From an uncultured Planctomycetota bacterium (GTDB lineage: Bacteria > Planctomycetota > Planctomycetia > Pirellulales > PALSA-1355): DNA of 64,000 nt. Location of the stretch: assembly GCA_963711515.1 (NCBI GenBank), contig CAVQEL010000031.1:82052-146051 (forward strand). The letters are read 5' to 3'. Position 1 is the stretch's first letter, and each line of letters begins with the position of its first letter. Positions 26,194 through 36,114 of the stretch are shown here, in pieces. The position numbers were made by a program, and so were the translations under genes. Below the pieces are notes generated by a model. The model worked only from the letters and a program-made list of their open reading frames with translations. It was not told the DNA's origin and ran no database searches.

Positions 26194-27362
26194 ATGCACA
26201 GCTCAACCAACACCACCACGCCCGGCGATTCTTCTGCCTCGGGGGCCAGCGAGAAGCCGGCCGCGGGCGTCAGCGAAAAGCCGGGCGCCAACGAACCTGC
26301 ACGCCGGCGCGGCGTCTCGTTGGGCGCGATCTTCTTTTCCTTTCTGCTCGTGGCGGCCGTCACCGTGGCGGCCGGTTCGACCTTTGTCGCCATGCAGGCC
26401 ATCGAAGAGCGCAACGAGCTGCAAGCAAAGTACAGCGATAGCACGGCGGCCGTGAACAAGCTCGTCGAGGCCGTGGCCACCTCCGGCAGCTTGAAGGGCG
26501 TGTCCAACGCCAAGGCTCGCGAGGAAATCTTCGCTCCGGCCATCGAGTATTACTCCAAGGTCGCCAGCCAGACGCCCACGCTGGACAACCCCGAGGCGCT
26601 GCCCGAGATCGCTTCGGCAAAATATCATCTGGCCGCGCTGCAAACCAAGTTGGGCATGTCGGCGGGTGTGCTGTCTCTGGGCGGCGGCGCCGACGCGGTT
26701 CGCATGATGCAGATGAGCAACATGGATCCGGATCGCTTTCCGAGTCTGAAAACCAGCGCCTTGCAATTGACCGCGCCGATGGATTGGGTGATGGTCAAAG
26801 ACTCCGGCCTCGAGGCGCAAGCCACGGCCTTGCTGTTCACCATTGTCAACGCCATCGGTGTGTACGACGTGCTGTCGCACAAGCATCCCGATGTCATTGG
26901 CTTTCGCGATGACTTGTCAGCCATTTATGAGGCCAGCGGCGCCCTGCAATCGCGCGTGCCCACCCGCGAAGACTTCGCCATTGACGCCTGGAAACACGCC
27001 CGGACCTTACTCCAAGGGCTCGTCCAAGAGCGACCCTCGGATGTCAGTTACCAGACGCGGCTGGCCGAATGCCTGGTCGGCCTGGGCGCTCTCGAAAAGA
27101 AGCTAGGTCGCAACAACGACGCCATCGGCGACTACAAGCAGGCCGTCGAACTGCAGCAAAAAATGGTCGAGGCCAATCCGGACGACAAGAACCTGGCCAA
27201 GGCATTGGCCAAGTCCCAAAGCGACCTGGAAAAAATCGAGCCGGAGCCCGAGGCGACACCCCAAGACGCCGCCGCAGCGCCCGCCGCCGATGCCCCTGCG
27301 GAAGGTAGCGCAGCGCGCCCGACGCGGCAGAGTCCTCGGCCGCCGCCGAGTCGGCCCCCTAG
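26194..27362 (+). CDS. Membrane-anchored TPR-like protein; frameshift near 27315
   Basis: One TM, then helical TPR-like repeats; the shifted frame reads DAAESSAAAESAP-stop at 27362. Confidence 0.65.
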
Positions 27363-27372
27363 CGCCGCTGCG

Positions 27373-27798
27373 ATGGTCGACCAGGTTCCCAAAGGTGACG
27401 CGTCCGATCGGGGCCGATCCTTCGGCCGGCTGCTGCTGTTGGTCGCGGTCGCGGCGGCGCTGGCCCTGGCCGCCTTCTGGCTGGGCGAGCTCACGCGCGC
27501 GGACCGCTCGCAACTGCTCAATCCCAATGACGCGATGAGCAACTGGTCGCAGGCCAGCGGGGCCCAGAAACAGGCCACGGCCGAGTTGCTGGTCGATCGC
27601 TTCCAGCGCGAGGGCCTGCTCGGCCCCCGCGCCCTGGCCCGACTCCACGCACCCGAAGGCCGGCAGGCCATGGCCCGTGAACTGGTCGTCGAGCTCGACG
27701 CCGCTGCCAATCCGGACGTGATGGCCTACGTCTCGCCGGGCGAGCCGATGGCCCGGGTCGCCAGCGGCGCCATTGGGCGGCTGGATTGGGACGAGTAG
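27373..27798 (+). CDS. Hypothetical membrane-anchored protein
   Basis: ATG 10 bp after the inferred upstream stop; hydrophobic LLLLVAVAAALALAAFWL. Confidence 0.6.
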   Translation: MVDQVPKGDASDRGRSFGRLLLLVAVAAALALAAFWLGELTRADRSQLLNPNDAMSNWSQASGAQKQATAELLVDRFQREGLLGPRALARLHAPEGRQAMARELVVELDAAANPDVMAYVSPGEPMARVASGAIGRLDWDE

Positions 27799-27802
27799 CC
27801 GA

Positions 27803-28113
27803 TCAGTTGGCAGCCAGCCAATCCAGGTAGGCCTGGTGCGCGGCGACGATCGGCACGGCCAGAATCTCGGGCACTTCGTAGGGATGCAGCTCGCGGATGG
27901 CGGCTTCCAGCGGTGCGTAGTTGGCTTTCATGGTCTTGGCCAGGCAGAGCCACTCTTCACCCGTTTCGATTGCTCCCTGCCAGCGGTACGTGCTCGTGAT
28001 CGGGCCGGCCACCTGCACGCAAGCGGCCAGGCGGCGTTCGACCAGCGCCGCGCCAACTTGTCGGCATCGGCCCGGCTGCCGATCGTGGTGATGATTTGAA
28101 TCGCATCGGTCAT
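27803..28113 (-). CDS. cutA: Divalent cation tolerance protein CutA; frameshift near 28050
   Basis: IQIITTIGSRADAD..., ACVQVAGPITSTYRWQG, HPYEVPEILAVP. Confidence 0.9.
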
Positions 28114-28234
28114 GGTCGGAAACGATCTCGCCTGGGCGTGGGCGGGTTTCGGCGGAGCGGATCAGTTATACATTCAGCTATATATTAGAGTCGCGACGTC
28201 CGAAAACCTACCCAGCGCGCCGGGGTTCAACGCG

Positions 28235-28666
28235 ATGCTTCGTTTCTACGTCACCGTGCACGCCCAGCCCGCGGAGATCGAAGTCGGCGATCCGATCACG
28301 ATCGGCAACCGCACGCTGCGCCCCTTGCGTGTTTCGCCCGAGGCGTTGAGCACGACAGCCATGCCCACCAGCTTCGAGGACGCGGCGGCCCGGCTGGCCG
28401 CGCTCGAGCGGCTGTACTGCGAGCCCGACGGATCGTTTGTCTGGACCTCCGGCCAGCGGGAGCGAAGCTGGCAGGTGGACGGCAATCTGTACGATCGCCA
28501 CGAGCGGCTGCTGTTTGTGGACCTGAAGGGGACGTGTCCGGCCGGCGAGTTCGACCGCTTGCTGGCCGCGTTTGGCTGGCCGGAAACGAAGCTGATGTTT
28601 CAATTGACCCGCGAGGCGTTGTTTCTGGACGAAGCCGAGTTCCGCCGCTGCGCCGCGGGCGGTTAG
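28235..28666 (+). CDS. Hypothetical protein
   Basis: ORF with coding-like GC3 bias; EPDGSFVW...WQVDGNLYD. Confidence 0.7.
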   Translation: MLRFYVTVHAQPAEIEVGDPITIGNRTLRPLRVSPEALSTTAMPTSFEDAAARLAALERLYCEPDGSFVWTSGQRERSWQVDGNLYDRHERLLFVDLKGTCPAGEFDRLLAAFGWPETKLMFQLTREALFLDEAEFRRCAAGG

Positions 28667-28770
28667 GCGCGATCTCTCGTTTCGTCGGCGCGAACGGTAG
28701 TTGCCGGTCACCACGGTAAACCATTCGGGCCTGGCTGCCGCGGGGTGATCTCAAGCGTTATTCACCGAGT

Positions 28771-30248
28771 TCATTCTTCCTGGTAGCCGGCCATGTCTTC
28801 CATCCGCAGCAGGATGAGCGTGCTCACGCCGGCTTCGAACAGTTGGGGACCAAACGACCGCTGGTGCTCCGAAGCGCCCTGGCCCGCCAACGCGAAGGTG
28901 TGCTTGCCGGCTTCCAACCGGTGCAGGTCAAAGACGTGCTCCTGCCAGTCGTAGCCTTTGCCGTTCAGGTCGAGCAGCGAGCCCACCTTCTTGCCGTCGA
29001 GCAGGGCTTGATACCGGCTGCCAAAGATCGACTGCAACAAGATGGCCGACACCTTGTACAGCCCCGCCTGCTCGACTTCAAAGGTGAAGGCGATCCGCCC
29101 GTCGGGCTTCTCGGGCCGAAAGGCGATCCCGGCCACCGATTTCTCCGTCTTGTCGGGCTCGGCCTCGAACTTGAGTCCCGCCGCCAGCAGAATTTTGTAC
29201 GGCGCGATGCGCTCTTTGGCCGGCGGCAGCTCCTCGTCCCAGGTGGCCACGGGGGTCTGATACCACATGGCCACCGAGCTGACCCAGTCTTCGCGCTGGC
29301 CGGAACTCGAAAGCTGTTTTCCCTCCTCGGTGAACACGCTGCCGCGATGCTCGATCGACATCTTGAGCGATTTGGAGAACCGGATCGGATCTTCGATGTG
29401 CCAGCGATAGGCCGTGACTCGATCGCCCAGCAAGGGCCCCTCGTAGAGGCTCACGCCGTAGAACGCCCCGGCGAACTCGCGAAAGCCCCAGGCATCGCCA
29501 AAATAGTCTTCCGTTCCCGTCCCTTGAATCGAGGGGACACTTTCGCCGTCGATGGTGAAGCGGTCGTCTCCCTCGCCGAACCAGCCGGTCCGCGTTTGAT
29601 GCGCCGAATAGACCGTGCCGACGTAGTGGCCGCGCCCTTCGGTTTCGACCAGCACGTGGTCCCCCGGCTTGGCCGGCGTTTGCTGCCGGTAGCGGGCATG
29701 AAAGTACAACGCATCATCGGGCAACTCGTCCACCTGTTCCCAGTCGACGTAGTAGTAAAACGGCATCGGTCCGAACCGCGGTTCGTTTTCGCTGGTGATC
29801 GTGATCTTGGCATGCTTGCGAAACGGCATCCGCCAAAAGCAATTGCGCGAGCGTCCGTACGAAGAGACCCCCACCGGCAGCGACTGAAACGACACCGTGG
29901 CCCCGTGCCCCACGCCGAAGAAATCTCCCAGCGGCACTTCGACGCTGGGCCGCTCGGTGTCGTCCCAATAGATGCGCAGCACCAGCGCCCGACCCGAAAA
30001 CGGATTGAGCGACGCGGCGGTGCACCAGATGTGTTTGATCACCCCCGGCCCTTCGAGGTCGGCCATCACGTGGGTCTGCCCCGGCAATAACGTCGTGCCA
30101 TCGCCGTTGGCGTCGATATCGGCGGCTGTGCTCGAAACCCGGCGACTGTGCCCCTCGTGGCGCGAGCGAGGCCATCCAAGCCGTCCTGCGCCGATAGCCG
30201 TCCAAGTCCGAGTTGCAAAACGAAGATCGCCAACAGACAACGTTGCAT
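28771..30248 (-). CDS. Secreted DUF2961 / GH172-like glycoside hydrolase with a C-terminal beta-sandwich; frameshift near 30150
   Basis: GPGVIKHIW, PSVEVPLGDFFG, WFGEGDD, GTGTEDYF; the signal peptide MQRCLLAIFVLQL lies in ORF 30066..30344. Confidence 0.88.
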
Positions 30249-30499
30249 AGCAGTATTCACCCCGCGGTACGAATCGATGTAAACCCGCCCCGGCACGGCG
30301 GTCCACAACCGAGCCCGCGCGCCGAAGCACAAAGTCGCCTCCACGATAGCACAAGCCGTCGGGCCATGCCGGCCTTTGCCCTGCGCGCGGTGGCGCTGCT
30401 CGTCAGTTGCAGTGGAAATTGGTTCCTTTGCGACGCATTTCGCTCACTGAGTCGCCGTACGTGTGGCGTAGTCGCACGCTGCCGCCGCCGGATCAGGCC

Positions 30500-30718
30500 G
30501 CGGCAGCCCCGCCGGCCAATACGTTTGTGACGAGCTCCCAACTGCTGGTCGACGACAAGACCGGCCCCAGCCCGATCAGCTATTTCGCCAGTTCACTGGT
30601 GCGGCAACCGCCGACTGGCTCCCGCGCTCTGGCCGACGCCAATCGCCGGATCCGCAAACGGCCCCAGTGGCAACGTCCGTGCTATTGGACTACGTTTCTC
30701 TTGATCGGGCGGTGGTAG
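30500..30718 (+). pseudogene. Remnant of a CHAT (caspase-like) domain C-terminus
   Basis: VTSSQLLVDD...SYF...ALADANRRIR...WQRPCYWTTFLLIG resembles the CHAT C-terminal pattern VASLWxVDD...AL..A...HPYYWAxFVLIG; no intact upstream domain. Confidence 0.55.
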
Positions 30719-30779
30719 GGGCGGTGGCGCCTTTCGACAAGGCCGCGTGACATCACTTCGGTATGGGAGGATCCTCCGC

Positions 30780-31007
30780 ATGCTTTGGCTCTGCACCCTC
30801 TTGTTGGCCGCCTCGCCGATCGACGTCGCGGACCAGAAACAGCTTTTCATCGACCACCGCTTCATCACCGACGGCCAGGACGTCGAGCTGCGCACCAATC
30901 CCGCGCAGAAGCTGGGCCCGGTCCTCGACGAGGCGGGCCAGCCCCTCCGCCTGCAATTCACGCTCAAGCGAGCGAAGCTCTACGCGTTTCAGTTCACGCC
31001 AGATTAA
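30780..31007 (+). pseudogene. Mini-gene; appears to be the fused N- and C-termini of a larger secreted beta-propeller/GH-like protein
   Basis: Signal peptide plus PIDVADQKQLFIDHRFI, joined directly to AGQPLRLQFTLKRAKLYAFQF. Confidence 0.55.
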
Positions 31008-31133
31008 CTCACCGCCGGCGCAACTTGGCGCTCCCGGGCCCGCGGGCAATAATCTCGGGCGAGACTCAGGCCGACTTGTGCGGCTCGGCGGGCCATCGCT
31101 CGGCGAAAGACCTTTCCCGGGGAAGCCAATCCC

Positions 31134-31835
31134 ATGCAAGTGATCGGAGCGGGTTTCGGACGCACCGGAACGATGTCGATGCAGGCCGCTCTGGAGATCC
31201 TGGGCTACCGCTGTTACCACATGAAAGAGGTGACCGAGCACGCCGGTCATTTGCAGGCCTGGCATGCATTGGTCGCCGGCCGGCGCCGATGGACTGGCCG
31301 GCGCTGTTTGCCGAGTTTCCAGGCTACCGTCGACTTTCCGGCGTGCGTCTATTACCAGGAGCTCATGCGCGAGTTTCCCGACGCCAAGGTGATCCTCACG
31401 GTCCGCGATCCCCAGCGCTGGTTCGATAGCTTTCTGACGTTGCAGGAGACGACCGACTCGTTTCGCCGTTTCCGTTTCATTCCCCGGGCGCGGCGTTTCA
31501 TCGACTTCACTGATCTGCTCCTCGGCAACGTGTTCCACGGTACGCCACGCGATCGGGAGCGTTGCATCGAGGTCTTCGACCGTCACAATGGCGAGGTGCA
31601 AGCCACGGTGCCTGCGGATCGGCTGTTGGTCTTTCAAGTGCAGGACGGTTGGGAACCGCTCTGCAAATTCCTGGGACGCGAGGTGCCGGACGTTCCCTTC
31701 CCGCACCTGAACGAAGGGAAAAAAACGCTCGAAGAACTGGCCCGGCAGCGGCTGTGGGGTCCGTACCTGCGCATCGCACGGATTGCGGTAGCCGCCGCCG
31801 CGCTGTTGGTCCTGGCGTGGTGGATGCTGCGTTGA
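31134..31835 (+). CDS. Sulfotransferase-family (Sulfotransfer_4-like) P-loop protein with a C-terminal TM; short compensated frameshift near 31280-31320
   Basis: VIGAGFGRTGTMS, CYHM, PDAKVILTVRD, GWEPLCKFLG, PFPHLN. Confidence 0.87.
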   Translation: MQVIGAGFGRTGTMSMQAALEILGYRCYHMKEVTEHAGHLQAWHALVAGRRRWTGRRCLPSFQATVDFPACVYYQELMREFPDAKVILTVRDPQRWFDSFLTLQETTDSFRRFRFIPRARRFIDFTDLLLGNVFHGTPRDRERCIEVFDRHNGEVQATVPADRLLVFQVQDGWEPLCKFLGREVPDVPFPHLNEGKKTLEELARQRLWGPYLRIARIAVAAAALLVLAWWMLR

Positions 31836-31874
31836 TGCGGCCGCGTCGCTCCCCCAGCCGGCGAACCACAGTCA

Positions 31875-32000
31875 GTTTCAAATCCGAGCTTGGGTGCCAC
31901 TGCCGGCTTGTCCAGCAGTGTTGTGGAGGTGCGCACTGCTGGCCGAGCCGGCAGTAGGACCGGACGCGCGGTTCCTTGCAGTTTTGAAACAGCCGCTTAG
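31875..32000. mobile_element. Composite REP-A / MITE-like element with both ends present
   Basis: Left end GTTTCAAATCCGAGCTTGGGTGCCAC..., REP doublet, right end GTTTTGAAACAGCCGCTTAG. Confidence 0.7.
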
Positions 32001-32035
32001 CCAACAACAACGCCTCAAGCCAAGGAGCTGTCAAA

Positions 32036-32512
32036 ATGACCGACGACCTGGACGGATTGAAATCGAGCATTCGCCGCTGGACGCTGCTGTTGGGCGTCTT
32101 GCAACTCACGGTCGGCTGTCTGGTGGGCTTCATTCCCCCTTCGGCCGTGCAGTGGTTTCGAGGAATCGTCATGAGCCATATCGAGTACACCGCCAACGGC
32201 GTGTTGATGATCGCCTTTGGTTTTCTGGTCAACGAGATGAAGCTCTCGCGCGCGGCGCTGCTCGTGTGGTTCGCCACGCTGCAGATCGGCACGTGGACCA
32301 ACGGAACGGCCGGGCTGGTTGGCGCCTTCATCGGCTATTCCTCGTTCCTGATGCCCACGTTGAACGAGAAGTTTCCGCCTCCCCACGGCACCGATCACCC
32401 CGCCGTGACCGGTCTGCTCCAGACGTGCGGCGTGACGATCGTCGTCGCGCTGGCGCTGACGCTCTACGGCCTGCTTCGCTCGAAGCGGCCCAGCGAGCGC
32501 GCCGCGCCCTAG
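32036..32512 (+). CDS. Four-TM membrane protein, StyC (styrene oxide isomerase)-like
   Basis: AAGGAG RBS; four TMs; SHIEYTANG resembles the H-x-E-x-x-x-NG motif of StyC homologues. Confidence 0.55.
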   Translation: MTDDLDGLKSSIRRWTLLLGVLQLTVGCLVGFIPPSAVQWFRGIVMSHIEYTANGVLMIAFGFLVNEMKLSRAALLVWFATLQIGTWTNGTAGLVGAFIGYSSFLMPTLNEKFPPPHGTDHPAVTGLLQTCGVTIVVALALTLYGLLRSKRPSERAAP

Positions 32513-32646
32513 CAGCCCGCCGAAAGTTCACCGGCTCGCGCCGCGGCGCCGACGGTCCCGCCCGTCACGTCCATTCACTCCCAGTAGTAGGGTAATGTGC
32601 AAGCTGTTGGGGGGGGGTAAGTGCCGGCGAAATTCTCGCAAAAAAC

Positions 32647-32674
32647 TTGACATATTTATCGCCGCGGGTACCTT
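32647..32674 (+). promoter_or_regulatory. Putative sigma70 promoter of the PEP-CTERM gene
   Basis: TTGACA-N16-TACCTT with an A-tract upstream. Confidence 0.55.
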
Positions 32675-32830
32675 CTAGCCTATTGTCGTTCTGCGAAAAG
32701 TTCACTCGGTCTCTCGTCGAGACATTCGGCTCACGCCGGCCGGTCAGGGAGGCCTGCCGGCAGTTGGTCTTTACCTTCGCCAGGTCCGCCGTACAGGTTC
32801 AACGCTAATGCAACGAAACTGAGGTGCTCT

Positions 32831-33787
32831 ATGTCCACATTTCTCGCAGTGCCCCCTTGCGCGTGTCCTGCGGCCCGGCGACCGAGTCGCGGTCGATCGC
32901 TTCTTACGGCACTTCTTGGCTTCATCGTCGTGGGGCTTGTATTGGCGGTGCCGGCGCAGGCCGCTCCCACGCTCACGCTGGCCAATGGCGTGACGAATCC
33001 GCCGCCGGACAAGTTGTCCACGTCGCTGAACCCGCAGCAGACGGCCGTGGCCGACAAGGCCGCTTTGATCCCCGTGGCCACGTTCGGCCCCGCGCTCCAA
33101 GGTCTGCTCACGGCGGAGATGTTTAGCGCCGCGAACAACTGGTCTCTGGATACTAGTACGGTGACGCTCGCCAACAACGCGACGTTCAACGTCACCCAGT
33201 ACAACCTCACTCGCAACGGCGCCGGCGACGCCTTCGGCGAAGTGATGAAATTCACGTTGGACGCGCAGCCGACCATGCCCAACGTGCCCAATGGGTCCAC
33301 GGCCACTCTGCACTGGCTGCAAATCTTCAACATGAGCGATGCCAGCGCCAACGCTCACGCGGGCGTACAGCTTGCCTCCCCGAACGACACAGGCTACTGG
33401 TACATCGACAACGGCTTTGTCCAGGGCGCGGCCGTGGACGCCACCAACAACGGGGACGGCACGAACAACGGCAACAACGGCCCCTACTACGACTCGAACA
33501 ACGATGCCAACGTCACCAACAAGACGTTTTCGACGCCTCTCATGTTTTCCGATACTCCAGGAGATTTCTCGGGCGTCGGATACTATATCCACTTCAGTGT
33601 CATTCCGACGTGGGACGTCTACACGCCGGCGACGTTAGCAGGCCCGGCCACCGACACGATCTACGTCGCCGATTACGGCGTCGGCTGGGGCTTCTCGGTC
33701 GTGCCTGAGCCGGCGACCTACGTCCTGATGGTCTTTGCCACACTCAGTTTCCTGGTCATCGCCGTACGTCGCCGTCAGCGGACCTGA
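32831..33787 (+). CDS. PEP-CTERM sorting domain protein
   Basis: Signal peptide; C-terminal VPEP, TM and RRRQR; GAGG RBS. Confidence 0.92.
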   Translation: MSTFLAVPPCACPAARRPSRGRSLLTALLGFIVVGLVLAVPAQAAPTLTLANGVTNPPPDKLSTSLNPQQTAVADKAALIPVATFGPALQGLLTAEMFSAANNWSLDTSTVTLANNATFNVTQYNLTRNGAGDAFGEVMKFTLDAQPTMPNVPNGSTATLHWLQIFNMSDASANAHAGVQLASPNDTGYWYIDNGFVQGAAVDATNNGDGTNNGNNGPYYDSNNDANVTNKTFSTPLMFSDTPGDFSGVGYYIHFSVIPTWDVYTPATLAGPATDTIYVADYGVGWGFSVVPEPATYVLMVFATLSFLVIAVRRRQRT

Positions 33788-33822
33788 CCCGGCGAGATGG
33801 CCGCGAACCGCCTGACCGAACC

Positions 33823-33856
33823 GCCCGGGGCCAAAAGCCCCGGGCGATTTTTTTTG
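33823..33856 (+). terminator. Intrinsic terminator
   Basis: GCCCGGGGC-CAAAA-GCCCCGGGC followed by a T8 run. Confidence 0.85.
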
Positions 33857-34071
33857 CGCCACGGCTCCGCAGTGCCTCGCGAGCCAAACGAGACGCAGAC
33901 GTGGGTCAGGCCAAGGTCCAGCGCACTCGGCTACGACCTACCATCGAGAGGCCGGCGATTCCCATCGTTTCCAACCCCGCACCCTCGCCCCATAGTCCCT
34001 GGCCGGTCAACCGCGCGTCGGGCCGACTTCGTATCGGCGCGCCGGGCAATTTGTTTATATTGACGTCCGTC

Positions 34072-34881
34072 ATGGTCCTGCTCTCGTTGCTGTCGCGCTG
34101 GTTCGCCCGGCCGCGTCCATTGCGCGTGCCGCTGGGACCAAGCCCCTGGGCGTTCCGCAATCGTTCCGCGGCATCAGGCGGCATCACGTATCACTTTGTG
34201 GAAACGGCGCCGGGCGACAGCGAGCTGGGCGGAATGACGTCGCTGGTGGATCCCCGCGGCGCAACCCTGCTGGTGCTGAATTTCTACTGCTATCTTCGCC
34301 TGCTGGCTGACGGATCGGCGCTATTGTGGCGCGAGTCGGGCGATCAGGCCCAGCGGCGCGTCGTGTTCGACTGCTTTCGCCTGGCGTCGCTCGTGCCGGT
34401 TCCCGATCCGGTGTCACTCGCCGCCGTGTTGCACGAGAAAGAGCTCGGCGTGGCGCCCTTGGCCGACTCCGAGCATTGGGAGCTCTCGCCCTATCTGGAC
34501 GCCGGCGTGCATCCGTTGGCGGTTCCCTACGACTGGTCGCGATTCGAAGAGACGCTCGTGCTGGCCGACCACGCTGACACGACCGGCCAATCCAAAATGG
34601 CCCGGGCCATCCTGGCCTGCGACTGGTGCCGCCGGCAAGTCGAGGTCTTCCCGCAAGACTGGTTCAACACGGCCGACTACGATTTCGGTTACCAGTGGAT
34701 CACCCGCGTCGCCCGCCGCAGCGACGGGTGCATCGTGGGTGATGGTATCCGCCTCGGCAGTTTTAAGCTCGACCAGACGAACCGGCAGGTCAAGCGATGG
34801 CTTGAAAGCAACCCCATCGACACGATCTCACGCCCATCGGGCGACACGATCGCGGGTCGTCGCAGATCCCGGCTGCGTTGA
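34072..34881 (+). CDS. Hypothetical protein (start uncertain)
   Basis: Long ORF; aromatic-rich C-terminal motif FPQDWFNTADYDFGYQWITRVAR. Confidence 0.65.
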   Translation: MVLLSLLSRWFARPRPLRVPLGPSPWAFRNRSAASGGITYHFVETAPGDSELGGMTSLVDPRGATLLVLNFYCYLRLLADGSALLWRESGDQAQRRVVFDCFRLASLVPVPDPVSLAAVLHEKELGVAPLADSEHWELSPYLDAGVHPLAVPYDWSRFEETLVLADHADTTGQSKMARAILACDWCRRQVEVFPQDWFNTADYDFGYQWITRVARRSDGCIVGDGIRLGSFKLDQTNRQVKRWLESNPIDTISRPSGDTIAGRRRSRLR

Positions 34882-34962
34882 ATTCGGCACTTCGTGTCTG
34901 ACCACTTCTTCCAAGGCATCGTGTCAGGCACGGAGGGCCCAAACCTACGGCTGACGCGCGGA

Positions 34963-35571
34963 TTACGCGCGCCGGGCCACCATGAACCAGGCGTGCGGGC
35001 CGCCCGGCGAGAACAGGTGGGCGAACTCGGGGATGGCCTGGAACTGCGTGGGTTGGATCGATTCGACGTGCCAGCCGTCGGCGAAGGCTGCCCGCAGCTC
35101 GTCTTGCGAGACGCGGCGCGGGCCGGCGGTTCCCGGCTCGGCGTCGCTGAAGCACAACAGAAACAGCTTTCCGCCAGGCTTGACGACCGTGCTCAACCCC
35201 GCGACGTACCGCCCGCGGGCGTCGTCGGCAAAGACGTGAAACAAGCCGCAGTCGATCGCGCTGTCGAACAGCTCGGGCAACTGGTCGAGGGCCAGGGCGT
35301 CCAACACCAGGAAGTTCGCCCGCACGCCACGCTGCGCGGCTTTGTCGCGGGCGCGGCGGATCGGCTCGTCGAGAAAATCGACGCCCGTCACTTTGTGTCC
35401 GCGTGCGGCGAAGAACAACGCGTTCTCGCCGGTGCCGCAGCCGGCGTCCAGGATCGATCCCGTGACCGCGTCGGCGGCCTCGACCAAGGCGGGCTGCGGA
35501 CCGCCGATGTCCCAGGGAGCCTTGTCGGCGTAGGCCTTGGCGAAGGAGGATTTGTCGGGTACGTCGCTCAC
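34963..35571 (-). CDS. Class I SAM-dependent methyltransferase
   Basis: PWDIGGPQP, LDAGCGTGENA, DCGLFHVF. Confidence 0.9.
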   Translation of the reverse strand: MSDVPDKSSFAKAYADKAPWDIGGPQPALVEAADAVTGSILDAGCGTGENALFFAARGHKVTGVDFLDEPIRRARDKAAQRGVRANFLVLDALALDQLPELFDSAIDCGLFHVFADDARGRYVAGLSTVVKPGGKLFLLCFSDAEPGTAGPRRVSQDELRAAFADGWHVESIQPTQFQAIPEFAHLFSPGGPHAWFMVARRA

Positions 35572-35697
35572 GTTGACGGACTCCGATTGAAGGAAATTTG
35601 GAACCGCGGCACCCCATGCGGCAATCGATTGTGATCCTATCGCGAAGTGCGCGGTTTGTCGAACGCCAGGGCGCGGGGCGGGTTCGGGGGGCGACTG

Positions 35698-36104
35698 CTA
35701 GGGGCGGCGCAAGTGGCCGGCGCTCGATTGGAAATACTTTTTGCGGCGGGTGTCGATCGCCGCGGGCTCGTCGGTATTCCGGCGCGCAGATCGCCAAGGT
35801 TCGCCAGGCACATGCGGCAGCCGGAGATTTCCAGGTGAAAGCGGATGTGATCGGCCACGTCCGCCTCGAGCACTTCGAGCAGGTAGCTGCCCAATTGCTC
35901 GCGCGTGGGGCAGGTCAGCCGGTGGCGGCGCCAGATCTCGCCCAGCGAGTGAACGCCGGCGTCGCGGCGGCCGTTGATCGCCACCAGCTCTTCGGATAGC
36001 CGCGGATCGTCGCGCAGGGCGCTTTCGATGCGGGCCATCGCCTCCACGGGCAAGGCCTCGTCGAGATAGGCTTCCAGGTCGGACTTGCTGAATCGATGGG
36101 CCAT
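35698..36104 (-). CDS. Putative soluble zinc-binding anti-sigma factor; frameshift near 35785
   Basis: Follows the ECF sigma; CPTREQLGSYL...HLEISGCRMC; the shifted frame ends RRKKYFQSSAGHLRRP-stop. Confidence 0.7.
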
Positions 36105-36114
36105 GGGTGCGCGT

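Noticed and set aside
26194-27798. Single 534-aa protein with two TM regions
   Set aside because: Better explained as two genes joined by a frameshift near 27315.
31875-31990. CRISPR-like ends GTTTCAA...TTGAAAC
   Set aside because: They are 115 bp apart and act as inverted ends of one element, not as a 30-37 bp direct repeat.
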